Part shown: piece after piece, positions 28,101 to 40,925 of the stretch
Layout: the number at the start of each line of letters is the position of its first letter
Numbering within the stretch: the first letter of the stretch is position 1
Source: the human T2T-CHM13v2.0 reference genome, Homo sapiens
Direction: 5' to 3' (one strand)
DNA: 64,000 nt
NCBI RefSeq assembly: GCF_009914755.1
Contig: NC_060936.1
Notes under the pieces: model-generated
Databases searched by the model: none
What the model saw: only the letters and a program-made list of their open reading frames with translations
What the model was told of the DNA's origin: nothing
Program-made: the position numbers and the translations under genes

Positions 28101-28299
28101 CAGAGGAAATAGACATCAGAGATGGGATTTTTCACCATGATCTCATTTCTTCAAACCTGGCATTCTAACAAAGCTCATCAAATTAAGTATGAAAAAATGA
28201 AATCAATACTCATCTGATATAGCAATTTTCCATCAGACAATCTCAGAATTCCAAAGTCAGAGTGGATTTATTCAGATGCCCATTATTGCTATTTCTGCC

Positions 28300-29140
28300 T
28301 GCTTAGAAACCAGCCCCTCTTCTAGCAGCAGCGGCCTGGCTGTTCATGGGAGGAGGTGCCTCCTTACTCCTCAGTCCACATTGTTCACATGGAGCTAAAA
28401 CCACCCCTGGTGTGGGACCTCTGTCTTGCTAATCAATCTGTCTGTCTGTCTGTCTCTCTCTCTCTGTCTCTCTCTCTCACATATACACACCCCTTTGCAA
28501 TTAGCTCAGGGAAGGACACTTGATCCAATCCAGGCTCACTGGAACTGATGGAACGTAATACTGAGACTTTTTCTTTTTTGAGACAGAGTCTTGCTCTGTT
28601 TCCCAGGCTGGAGTGCAGTGGTGCGATCTTGCTCACTGTGAACTCCGCCTCCTGGGTTCAAGCGGTTCTCATGCCTCAGCCTCCCGAGTAGCTGGGATTA
28701 CAGACATCTGCCACCATGCCCAGATAATCTTTGCATTTTTAGCAGAGATGGGGTTTTGCCATGTTGCCCAGCCTGGTCTTGAACTCCTGGCCTCAAGTGA
28801 TCCACCGGCCTCAGCCTCCCAAATTGCTGAGATTACAGGCATAAGCCACGATGCCTGGCCTGGGACTTTTTTTTTTTTTTTTTTGACACTCTTGGAAAGA
28901 TAGGTTCTCTTTCTTGTAACTTCAAGTTAAACAGCAATTTGGCTTGAATCTCTCCACACGGAGAGGGAGGCTCTTTGGGAAAAGAGCCAACACAGAGGAC
29001 AGCAGAGCCAAGAGAAGGAGAGCCAGAGAGCAATGCAGCAAAACAGCACCTGGATCCAGGACTCCTGCCCTTTTCTGCTTAAGCCATCTTGAGTTGGATT
29101 TTTTGTTACTTACATGCATCTGGAAAAGTCCTTGCTGATA
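28300..29140 (+). mobile_element. Old MaLR LTR (MLT1-type), interrupted by an Alu and a (TCTG/TC)n repeat
   Basis: 3' end cccttttctgcttaagccatcttgagttggattttttgttacttac...aaagtccttgctgata resembles the MLT1J/K-type end. The 5' boundary is uncertain. Confidence 0.55.
28568..28860 (-). mobile_element. Alu (S/J type), TSD TG(A/G)GACTTTT
   Basis: Reverse Alu consensus with a flanking direct repeat. Confidence 0.94.
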
Positions 29141-30453
29141 AATTACTTTAGGCCTATACGCACAGAATTAACCAAGACAGGGCCACACAAACAGCCCTAT
29201 TTCTACTAGATGTTAAAAAACCTTCTTTTTATTTTTTTTACCACTGGAAAAAGAAAGGGAAGAAGGAGAAGGAGAATAAGAACCAGAGAATTCTCCTACC
29301 CTTGAAAATTTAGCAAGGGCAGATTATAACAGCCAAAACTGACCTGTGGACCCAAGAACTGGACTGCATGTAATAAGAAACATTCTGAAAATTTAACAAG
29401 TGGAAAAATAACCTGCTGGGCCTCTTTGTGAACAAGCTGCTCAATGTCAACAAGCCCAAGGCACCACTAAATATCACAAGGTCAATTCCACTGAAATAGG
29501 GTTTTTATATATTGTCAGATTTTTTGTTTAGTTGTTTTGAAAACAGAATATTTTCTATTGATATCTTCTTTTTCTTTTTTTAAATCCATGGTCTGGTTTT
29601 AACTGCAAACAGGACCCTTGGTTAAGCACCAGCACATGGAGACAAGGTGGAGACGTCAGAGCTTCTCTAGCAAAACGACTGGAGGTGTTTAGGGCTGACG
29701 GGTCTATCAGAATCAACTCTGGCTAATTTGCCTTCTTGATGACCTTGACAGGGAAGAAAACAATCTAGACCTGTAAGATGAGTATCAAAGCCTGAAAAAG
29801 AATCCATCTGAGTGATTCTCCCACTTCTTCCAATTATTTGTTTTAAGACTATAGTACAGTATTCACAAGACACTAATCATATTGACATTAGTGTTGCCCA
29901 AAAGACACTTAATCATACTGGAATTTCTAATCCCAAAGTTGTCTCAGATAGAGCAGGGTGTATTTGCTAAAAGAAAATTAACTGACCATATTAATAAAAA
30001 AGGTGTACAATACATCAGGTTTAAATTCCAAGTATGGAAGCGCTATTTTCCACTTTTGTGTTGGTCATAGCTGGCTAGTGGCCTAGAGTTCTTGGCTTGA
30101 AATAGGGCACAGATATCATCAACATTCCAGATGATCTCTGAAGCTCGGGTGTCAGCTTGTCAACTTGACGAGCTGTCAAATCGGAAGCTCCTGACGGAAG
30201 AGCTTATTGAGTGCACTCTTGACCTTCTTTTTTGGTTATGTATGATCTGTCTGTGCTTAAGTATTAAGAGTTGCTCTTTAGACCTTCATGGAAGGAAATG
30301 TTGAAATCATGGACAAGCTGAGCCTTTCTGAGTAGTGGCTATGTGATGAAAATCTAAATTAAATCTAGGCATTAACTTACGGACATTAAACAAAAAATCT
30401 GATGTGACACAGTAATAGGAAAACTTGTTTAGTTTGGGGAAAAAAACACTCTC

Positions 30454-30745
30454 TTTTCTTTGAGACAGAGTCTCCCTCTGTCACTCAGGCTGGAGTGCAG
30501 TGGCACCATCTCAGCTCACTGCAACCTCTGCCTCCAGGGTTCAAGCAATTCTCCTGTCTCAGCTCTCCTGTCTCAGCTGGGACTACAGGCATCCGCCATC
30601 ATGCCCAGCTAACTTTTGAGTCTTTACTAGAGACGGGGTTTCGCCATGTTGGCCAGGCTGGTCTCAAACTCCTGGCCTCAAGTGCTCCGCCCGCTTTGGC
30701 CTCCCAAAGTGCTGGGATTACAGGCGTGAGCCACGGTGCCTGGCC
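30454..30745 (-). mobile_element. AluS
   Basis: Reverse Alu consensus with an internal ctcctgtctcagct duplication. Confidence 0.94.
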
Positions 30746-33700
30746 AAAAAAGCCACTTTCCAAAATGCTGTTCCTTTCTTGGTTGTGCTATTTTCTGAAA
30801 ACTGATTCTGTAAATTCCAGTAATGCCAGAGCAGTGGGTAGAATTTCTGGGAACAACAGGCCTATTCTCTCAGGAAAAGTATATAAGAGGAGAAGTTACT
30901 GTCCTACTTCTTTCCCAGACATGGCAAAGTGTTTGCCTCATGGCTTTCTGGGATATCCATGCTTTTTAAGCTAACAGTTCTGTGCACAATATATTTCCAT
31001 AAAGTTCCAAATTTCACTTAAAGAAAAAAAAGCCCTCTCACTTGATATTTTATCTAACAATGTTACAATAATAACGTGTTATTACCATATGATATTTTTT
31101 GTTACAATTTTGTAACCTGAATTGGTAGAGAAATATGGCATCCATTCTCTGCTTTCCCTGGCTTTGACATCATTCTACCCAGATCCCTCTGCATCGTGAT
31201 ATATGCTCCTTGGCAGATGATGTGTTTACACAATTAAAATAATAAAAGAAAAATGCAAATTCCATTCTCAATCTACATGCTAAATATGGGTAACACTGGA
31301 ACAAAAGATGGTCTTTATAGAATGCTACAACCACCGGAGCACTTGCCCTTCAACTCTCTTTGTCATTAATTGGCCTACAGTGAGCAGGGACCTTTGAATT
31401 AGGGACTGACAGGTGATGTGTCTGAACCGATAGTCATATCTGTCTATATAGTGCTTTACAGTTTAGAATATGCTTTCATATAAATTATCTGATACATACA
31501 GGCCTGAGAAGCAGACATTATCCACATTTTAAAGACAAAAAAATTGAAATTCAGAGTCACCACATAACTCGGTCCAGGTCACACAGCCAGAAAGAAACCA
31601 AATCAGAATTCCAACCGAAGAAGCCACTAAGAAAACAGCATCGACTATTTGGAGAAACACCACAAGCAAGAATTTGTTTGTAGACAGAGTTAACCCCACA
31701 CCTACCTACAAAGCTTTTCACAAACATGGGAGACAGGCAGCGTTCTGACACACTGTGCAGGGTCTCTGCTGAAGGATCAACAAATAACCAGTGCAGTTTT
31801 GCATTTAAGGATTTCATGGTGTTAACCACGAGTTGATTCAATCAGTTTCCACTAAACTACTGTGATTTTCTCTTCTGCTTGCTGTGCCCACATAAATGGA
31901 ATCTATTATGGCACATGAGAAATTAGTATTTGTTGAACTGTTTTTAAAATATTTTATATCATTTTAATACAGAGGCAGGCACAGGGCATCAGGGACTATA
32001 GAAGAACAAGGATAGGGTTAGGCAGGCCAGGGCTTGAGTCCCAGCTCTACCATTTACCAGCTGTGAGGCCAAGCACTCACCCTGTTTGGCAGATGTGCAC
32101 ATAGGCTCTTGTGAGGATTAAATAAGATACTGCATGTGCAATCCCAGGCATGAACCTGGTCACAGCAGTGCTTCTGTATGGCTCAGCTTCTACTTCCCTT
32201 CCTTTAATAATATCAAAACAACAAACCTTGGAAGAACTAAAATGTAATATACAAAATGCTTTCAAATAGAGAAGTAATTGACCTAGTTGTACTTATTAAT
32301 ACTATTTAGATTGAGAAATATTAAGCTTGCAACTGAATTAATTTTCTAATAATTTAGAAAAAGTGTCTTTAGTGCCCCCAGGTAATACTGTTTTTTTTTA
32401 AATCTTAGGCAAGAGCATTCAAAACATAAAGATTTTATATTACACACTATTCTCACTAATATTTAAGCTAAAGTTTATGCAAAGATATGCATTTCTTTTA
32501 CTGTTGAGAAGCCTTTGTTTTGTGAAAATACAAGTACTATTTCATTTTCTCATACGTTTTTCTGTAAATGGAAGCCTTCTATAAATGGCTTAACTTGCAG
32601 CATTTGGAAACTTTTTTTTTTCTTGCATGAGTTTGGAGAATGTGGCCTTAACCTTATTCATTCCATCACTCTCTTATTGTTCATTTTAAGGGTACTTCGA
32701 CTTCTAAATATCATTCAAGAAAACTTCTGAAGACTGCAATTAGGTCCTAAATACTGAAAATATTTTCCTCCTTCTGATATATTTTCCATTTACTATCTCA
32801 TTTCCACATAACTCAGAATTAAAAGCTGATCTGCCATGTGCTGTACACACATTAATAGTGTGTAGGACACCTTGTTTGTGCTAAAATGAGATAACAGATG
32901 TCAAAGTACTTTGAGAATTTAAAATCACTATGCACATTAAGGTATAATTACACATATGTGAATGCAACATTTATTTATTAGGGGTGTGGAAATTGGGGAG
33001 TGTTTCAGAACTTCTGGGCTAATGAGTCCAGTTTAGAATTACAGGCTGGAGAAGCTATGTTTTCAACATGATAGGAAACCCATCATTCAGATGTATTTAT
33101 ATCATTACATTCAGTTCATGCTGAACTCAAATTTTGTTTCTTGCATATTCATTTAAAATAATTTGATGCCAGAGTACTGCTTATATCAGAATAATAGCAA
33201 ACAATACTCACAATATTTGCAAATCCCCTGTATCCCAAGACAGGTATTTTAAATATTGTTTCAAATTGAAAAAATCAATTAAACCCCATTCTAGTGTTTT
33301 ATTTTAAATATCTGCCAACAAATTTAACAGGTAAAATGGACATTAAATTTATCTCAATTTAACTTTAAGCATTGCTTTTCCAAGTTAAGCAAAGCACCTC
33401 CAAACATCTGGTAAGCAGACCTCAAGAAGGCAAAACTCCTAATGAATTATTGCGGCCACTAAGAACTTAAGGTTTCTGGCCCAGGGCTAGAATTCCAAAT
33501 CACTCTAATGGTAGCTCAGCTAAACTTGAAGTAGAGGGGTTTCTAAGAACATAAATCTGTCCAGGTGATTTTCTCTCAACTGCATTCTCATTTCTTTTAG
33601 TAGGTAAGAAAGAAAGCCTGAAGGTGGACTTTTGCATTTTAGTGGGAAATGGACTGGTTAGGCAAGCATTAACCAAGCTACAGTAAGCTTCTTGGGAGAA

Positions 33701-36127
33701 ACTCCTTGGGAAAGAACTGGAGGAATGGAGCTCCAGGTTGGAAGGAGGTATAACTGGCTGCTTGCTTGCAAAAATTTTAATTGCTAATTCAAGTCTTTAG
33801 GAAGACCCAACTCGATTGTCTAAACACATAACTTCAGGGGAAAAAGTATGGTCTAGAGAGATATGACAGGTTTTTAAAAAAGTATATAAATTTCAAAAAG
33901 TATTACAGCAAATGACCAAAAATAAGGTAGAATAAGAAAAAAACAAACATCAATTGAGTAGTTGAGTGGTGAAAAGTCACATAAATTGAATTATTCAACA
34001 ACAAGATGACAGAGTATTTCATATTTTGACAGGTTAAAGCAGTATTTTTAAGAGGTATGCATTCATTGCTCCATGGGTTTTGGCCTTCCATACTAGCGAT
34101 CATGCTCAAAACTGCAATTAACACCACCCAGAGAGTTGCAGTTCCAGAATCCCTTTTTCTCATTGATCAGATTCCTGTGGTGTCATCTCCTATTTTCTCT
34201 GCAGCAGAAGTGCTGTATTGAACAGCAGGCTTTTAGAAAGCTTCTAATAAGCTCCTGATGGCTGATGGAGCCTGTGTGTCTAGCAGTCACTCGATCATCG
34301 TTAGTACTCCACATGAGGGGAATGCATGCGTGCACAGGTGCTCTAGTTCACTACGTCCCATCAGCCTGCTTATCTCACTCTGTTTTCTGCTTTTAGGCTT
34401 TTTTCACCTGGCCAGATAAAAGCCCATTCCATTTTCTCAAGGCAAGACAATTCTCATAAGGGATGCATTTCTGATTGGAGTGACCCGTTAAAAGATTTGT
34501 GCTATTTGGTACTACTGCCCCTGCTTTCGAAAACCTCAGGCAGCATGTAAGGGTGCAGTCTTGCTAGGCCACCTCTGAGTGTTTATACATAGGTAGAAGG
34601 GTAAGTCGTTTTTTAAAAAAACCCTGCAGTATATGGAGAAATTTCATAAATTATGTGAGCAGCTGAGAGAGGTAATTCTGCTATACTGCGGTTGACACAG
34701 TCAATAATAGCTAATGCTCATTAAAGAACTATACTCCCTTACCCAGGGAAGAAATGGGCTCAGAAAAGACCCAGTTCATATTAATACACAAAGACAACAT
34801 GGCTCAAAGTTAAAACAAACCACATCTCTGAAATGCTGTCATTAGAGAAATTTAACCACATATGTGACTCGAAAATATAACAAGTAACGAAATAAATGAA
34901 AAGTTTGGGGGGAAAAAGCTTTCAGATGCCCTATTTAAAAGAGCACCAGTGAAAACAGTAATAAAAATTAAAAGACAATACCTAGCAACAGAGAAAGATA
35001 AAATTATTCTTATTTCTCCTATATTTTCCATCCCCTTTCAATAAAAGAGTCTCCATAATCCCAACATTGCCATTGCCTGCACAAAGAACCCAGAGAACAA
35101 TTCAAAATTAAAGGAGCTGAAAGAAGACACAGTATCCCAGGCCTTCTCTCCCCAAGGCATCTGCAGGCAGAATAGCCATGGTTTCCAGAACATTCTCATC
35201 ACATTTGTCTCTCGTGAGCTGCAGCATACAATGTTTACCAGAGGCTTTAAAAATAAAATCTCACTAAACAGTTGAGAAAAATATTTAACAACCAAGGCAA
35301 AGCAATTACAGTCAAATTTTCACCTCGAGATTCCCATCTTAGGTGTGGGAGGCAGAGAGAAGACTCCTGCACATCAGTCTGAACCTAGAATGAGGATGAA
35401 AAGAGTTGATTCTGCCAATGGTTGACAACAAATCCATATTTTTGAATCTCAGGGTGAAATGCGGAGCTACCCGCCCATCTGAATGTACATTAAGAACAGC
35501 GCCACTGTTCGGTTAAGGCTGACTCAAGTTTCTAAGCAGCAATCCGAGGACAGGCTAGACATGAACATCCCTACTAAAAACATGGAAAGGTCTGAACGTG
35601 ACAGATCTCCCTTTTCAATTACTTGTGCTAGAAAGCATCATCATTTTCAACTAGTCAAGGTGACAATATGAGAAAACGCAACTAGTCCCAGTAGAGCATT
35701 TCTGTATGAATGTATAGACTTGGGAGGAAATTAACCACATCACACAGGGTTAATCCTTCCCCCCAAACTTCTGCCCCATTATCCAACCAATTTACATTTT
35801 GTAATCTAGACTTTTATTACTCATTTTCATTATGATTTGACTTTGACACTATATTATTCCCTTCAGGGCAAAGACTTTCTGGGTGCAATGAGATCAGACA
35901 TAATTTCTTCAGCAGGAATGCATAACAAGGACATGTGTACACATTCCATTCCCAGACATTTCTGTCTCGGTCTAGTTCAGATGAGCAAGGAATGAAAGGC
36001 GGGGCATAACATGGTATAAATTCTAGTTAGGCACGGACAATAAGCATCCATAGGAAGCTACTGTTCACTATTAAAAGGCATTACCTGATATGGTTGAAAA
36101 ATATCACAAAGGCTTATAACACCTTAC

Positions 36128-36307
36128 CTGAGCCATCTGCCTCTCCAGTTTTGATCGGGGAATATCATCAAAGTAGTTTTCATTTCTTCTCCTCCTTGCA
36201 TCGCCCTGCATGATAATGTGAGGAACGTCTAGGGAGCCACCAGTGGTGTAAGTGCTTTGGCTAAGTGATGGAGACAACTGAGGAGGAGTGTGATTACCAC
36301 TGGGTTC
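36128..36307 (-). CDS. ANKS1B: ANKS1B coding exon, SAM-PTB linker (EPSGNHTPPQLSPSLSQSTYTTGGSLDVPHIIMQGDARRRRNENYFDDIPRSKLERQMAQ)
   Basis: Acceptor atttccattCAG|GAA at 36307 and donor GCT CAG|GTAAGG at 36128. It is 180 nt and open, continues in frame from the 38995 exon, and was missed by the ORF track. Confidence 0.94.
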
Positions 36308-36659
36308 CTGAATGGAAATACATCATGAAATAAATACCATGTTCTGTGGCTAACCTTTGGTTTCAAAATTGTGAAATACTGACAAGACAAACTGTGGGGG
36401 TGGGGAGTCGCTTTTGAAGCAACAGCCAAGGAATGAATGACATTCCACCACTTTATTAATGGCATGATCTAGTCAATACGTTTTTCCCCTAAGTATTTCA
36501 GGTCAAAGGTCTGAAATATCAAGAGTCAGGTTCTGTTTTCCTAAAGCAGCATCATGGATGGTCTCAGGAGGGAGGCACACCTATGTTGGGCACCTCTGAC
36601 ACTACTGCATGTGTTTACAGGGGAGGAACTGGGCCCTCATGTGGGCAGAGCGTCCTCAC

Positions 36660-36674
36660 CATGGTAGATGCCAT
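36660..36674 (-). CDS. Candidate alternative 5' coding exon end (MASTM) splicing to the 36307 exon
   Basis: Minus strand reads tcATC ATG GCA TCT ACC ATG|GTGAGG: a strong Kozak context and a phase-0 donor 352 nt upstream of the phase-0 acceptor at 36307. Predicted from sequence only. Confidence 0.45.
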
Positions 36675-37658
36675 GATGAGAAAGCTAAAATGAGACCCAA
36701 TGGGTCTTGATCCTTCATCAAAGAATGGTCTGACAACAGGGTTGGGAAGAGGACACAGTACGGCAACACAGCATGTCACACGCACAGACTGCAGAGCAGT
36801 GCATGCTACGACAGAGGATGCTTTTCCAAGGCAAAGACAACTCCATCCAAGGGAAACGGGTCAGGAGGAAGATAGGGGGCATAGACAGCTCAGCTCTACT
36901 ATTTGCAAGTAGAATGAGGATTGGGATCATGGTGTTTCTCCAGATCCCTTCTCCTCCGGATATTCTGGACCTTCTATGATAGATTTAGGTCCTATACTTT
37001 TGCATGGAAATCTCTGTCTTTGATCTTTTTTTGTTCCCCTAAATCTCTTCCAGAGAGCCAGAATGAGAGGTTCAGAAGGGGAAGGAAAAAGAGCAGGGTA
37101 AGTAGCAGGAAATGACTCCTCTAAAGAGTCATTTTAGGGTGACTACACTGATGGTGCTTATATCTTTCTCTCCTTCCATGTAGCAAAATGAAGGCAAAAC
37201 AAAAATCTTTTTTTTTTCTAATTTATTTGAGGCTCCTCTTTCTAAGGGGTGAAATTTCTATTTGTACTTTTATGACTCCCAAAACTCTCAAGTAGCCTCC
37301 AAATATCCCAGTGTACCCTAATGCCCCCAGTAATTAATTAAACCAGTATTCATGTAGTCCCTACCCATCCCACTCCAGTCTCTCTCAGGAGGCTAAGCTT
37401 GTCCTCCTGGAGCCAATTCTCTTGCATCCCCTGAAATCCTTGCGCATTTTCCTCTCCAAAGCTGAATCAACTCCAAATCCTAACAGCTCCTTTCCTGTCC
37501 TGCCCTCTGTTATCCTGACAGTGGCTATGCTGTTTGCTGAAGTTTATTGATAAGAGGCAGCCCACTGCATTTCATCACGATGGTTACGTCCGGGTGCCGT
37601 GCTTGTGTTCATCTCTTCAGAAAAGAAATCAGAAGCAAGCAAGTGCAGGACAAAATAG

Positions 37659-38212
<554 letters not shown>

Positions 38213-38729
38213 CCTACCTCATAATTCTAAAGTGTAGTTGAATAAAAGAAATACAATTTATTAAGTAAGGTTTTAGATTCTCTATTCTGAATTTTTGAAG
38301 TGAGTAAAGCTGGACAAATTTTACTTCTTGAAAAACAGAAGACCCTAAGGTTAATTTTAAATTGATCTTTACTTAACTGTGGTCCTTGATCAATTTTCTT
38401 TCTGTGGGTTTGAGGAGTCTGACAGAAAACCCATTTCCGCTCTCTTGGCGTAGATGGGGTGTGGGATGGGAGGTGAGGGAGTGGTTCTTTAAAGGTAGTG
38501 GTTTGTCAGGCTGAATTCCATTATAGATGGATATCTAAATCTCAAAAATATATATTTAACCAATCTAGAAAAACAAATCTTGTTGTTTTGATTGTGTCAA
38601 ACAATCAAAAGACAGATTGTTTTCTACACAGATATGGTAAACTTCATAGAAAAGAGCCAGCACTTCCTGATCTATTGCTTCAGTTGTATAAAGTGCACGT
38701 TTATAAAACCTATAAAACTACATAAAATA

Positions 38730-38940
38730 ATTCTTTTATTTTCTTACTCTGTTGCCCAGGCTGGAGTGCAGTGGTGCGATCTCTGCTCACTGCAATGCTC
38801 CGCCTTCTGGGTTCAAGTGATTTTCATGTCTCAGCCTCCGGAGTAGCTGGGACTACAGACAGGCACAACCACACCTGGCTAAATTTTTTCTGTTTTCAGT
38901 AGAGGCAGGGTCTCACCATGTTGGCCAGGCTGGTCTCAAA
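38730..38940 (-). mobile_element. Truncated Alu about 55 nt into the intron after the SAM2 exon donor
   Basis: Right arm and part of the left arm of a reverse Alu. Confidence 0.9.
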
Positions 38941-38994
38941 CAAATAGTTCTTAAGATAAGGGCAGAGAACCAGATGAATGTGCTTGGCACTTAC

Positions 38995-39102
38995 CCTGAG
39001 GGTGATGGACCGAGGGGGCTTCTGTGGGGGATCGTCGTGCAGCCTGTCTCCCAGAGATGCCAAAATACGTTTCCTGTGGCCAATCAAATTGATTTTTAAA
39101 AC
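38995..39102 (-). CDS. ANKS1B: ANKS1B (AIDA-1) internal coding exon, C-terminal part of the second SAM domain ([36 protein letters not shown])
   Basis: Minus strand reads ttgtttCAG|GTT TTA AAA ATC ... CTC AGG|GTAAGT. The exon is 108 nt, phase 0/0. The peptide carries the SAM helix-5 signature [10 protein letters not shown] and matches my recollection of ANKS1B. Confidence 0.96.
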
Positions 39103-39479
39103 CTGAAACAACATATATTTGGGTTAAATATTTCACTGGAGAACAAATAATTTTTATATGTCCTAAAACATGTGGGGTGAAAAAAGATTTGTGCAAAGTT
39201 ACTCCTGCACCATGAGATGTGGTGTCACTTCAGTGTGACCGCTGAAGTCCAGAAAGATTGCAGTAGCATCTGGAAAGCCTGGAGTGGCTAAGTATCAGGG
39301 GCACAAAGAGAAGGGAGGATGGTTCTCCTTCCACTCATGCTGCCTGAGAGCCTCATTCCCAATGCAGCAGCCTCAAGAGAAACCAGCTCTTCTTATAAGC
39401 AGCCGAAACCTCACAGGATAAAATCTGAGTCTGGACTCAGGCTTCAGAGGGACAGGCTGCCCTCTGTCTCTTTCCCTCC

Positions 39480-39905
39480 ATCCAGGATATGCAGTCATGC
39501 CAGCCTCCTCTAGGTATTAGAAGCTCCACATTCATTCTCACCTTGGGGCCTCTACCCCTGCTCAACCACCTGCCTGGAATGCCCCCTCTCCCCTCTGAGA
39601 TTTTCAAATAACCAGTGACTTCTCATGGTTCTGGACACTGTGCTGCTGATGTCTCCTCAGAAAGGTCCTCCCCCGCCTCCTTATTGAAGAAGCCATGCCC
39701 TCAACCCCTGACATGCTCTCCACGATGATCCATCCTCATTTTATCACACTCTAAAAGCACTTTCTTTACAAGCTTAGTGTTTGTGTTTTGTTCCACCCTC
39801 TCCAGGTAAGCTCCCTGAGAGCAGGGCACTGGCATATGTAGAGCACTATTATTTCCCAAAAGCATAAAAGGATGACTAAAAAAAAATAAGGGATTAATGA
39901 ATATG
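39480..39905 (+). mobile_element. L2 3' end fragment
   Basis: tgcctggaatgccccct, gatgtctcctcagaaagg, gtaagctccctgagagcaggg motifs. Confidence 0.6.
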
Positions 39906-40174
39906 AAAGAATGAATGGTAATAGAGATGGGAGTTGCAAAATTAGAGTCATCTTGCATAAGGATACAGTTAGAATGAAGGACTGCCTATTGGGGTAGACT
40001 CAGAGCCTCCCCAGGATGGTATTTTGAATCTGACCATGCTGCAAAGGGCACATGGTAGAAGAGCTCTCAAAGGGAACTGAGAATTGCAGCGCCTCAATCC
40101 TCAGCCCCATTCCCGGTGCTTTACCAGGGCCACACCCCTTTCAATCTTCCCAACTTCTCTATCTGGAAGGAGTT

Positions 40175-40290
40175 CTCACTTGACAGATGAAGAAACTGTG
40201 GTTCCGAGTGGTTAAGTCACCTACCCAAGAGCCAGCATGTCGTGGCTCTGGGATTTGAATCAGATTTGCCTGATTCCAAAGCATGTTTTA
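40175..40290 (-). mobile_element. MIR
   Basis: acagatgaagaaactgtggttccgagtggttaagtcacctacccaag...gggatttgaatc. Confidence 0.7.
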
Positions 40291-40549
40291 CTCCAAAGTA
40301 TACGTCACAAAATTTGGGCATTTCTCCAAATGTTACCAGCTTCTTAAAAACACATTGTATATTCATCCATTCATAAAAATGTGTTTACCTCTTCCCTACC
40401 TATGTGTAGTCCCAGGATATAATAATCTTGTTGGGTAACTAGTTTCCAAAGTCGTTATCCCATGTGTACATTTTTCTCTTCTCTTTTCAAGTTTTAAGAT
40501 AGAAGGTGGGGAGAGCGTTTCTTTGGCAGGCATCCCATGATACCTTGAA

Positions 40550-40925
40550 TTTTTTTTTAAATTTCAACTTTTAATTTAGATGTAGGTGGTATATGTGCAG
40601 GTTTGTTACATGAATACACTGAGTGATGCTGAGGTCTGGGATATGAATGATCCCGTCACCAGGTAGTATGCATAGTACCCAATAGGTAGTTTCTCAGCCC
40701 TTCTTCCCTTCCTCCCTCCCCTCCTTTGTCGTCCCCAGTGTTCACTGTTGCCATCGTTATGCCCATGAGTACTCAACGTTTAGCTCCCACTTATAAGTGA
40801 GAACATGCAATATTTGGTTTTCTGTTTCTGCGTTAATTAACTTAAGGGTAATGGCCTTCAGCTGCATCCATGCTGCTGCAAAGGACATGATTTCATTCTT
40901 TTTTATGTCTGTGTAGTATTTCATC
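40550..40925 (-). mobile_element. 5'-truncated primate L1 3' end (L1PA13-16/L1PB-like), TSD TACCTTGA
   Basis: tgtgcaggtttgttacatg, tttagctcccacttataagtgagaacatgc, gctgcaaaggacatgatttcattc; taccttga flanks both ends (40541 and 40926). Confidence 0.88.

Noticed and set aside
30495-30974. Longest ORF in the track (159 aa) and other similar ORFs (e.g. 5064, 37747, 55558, 55715)
   Set aside because: They are translations of antisense Alu sequence ([26 protein letters not shown] signatures).
36718-36930. 70-aa Cys-rich minus-strand ORF upstream of the MASTM segment
   Set aside because: It terminates before the donor and resembles no family; at most a uORF if this region is a 5'UTR.
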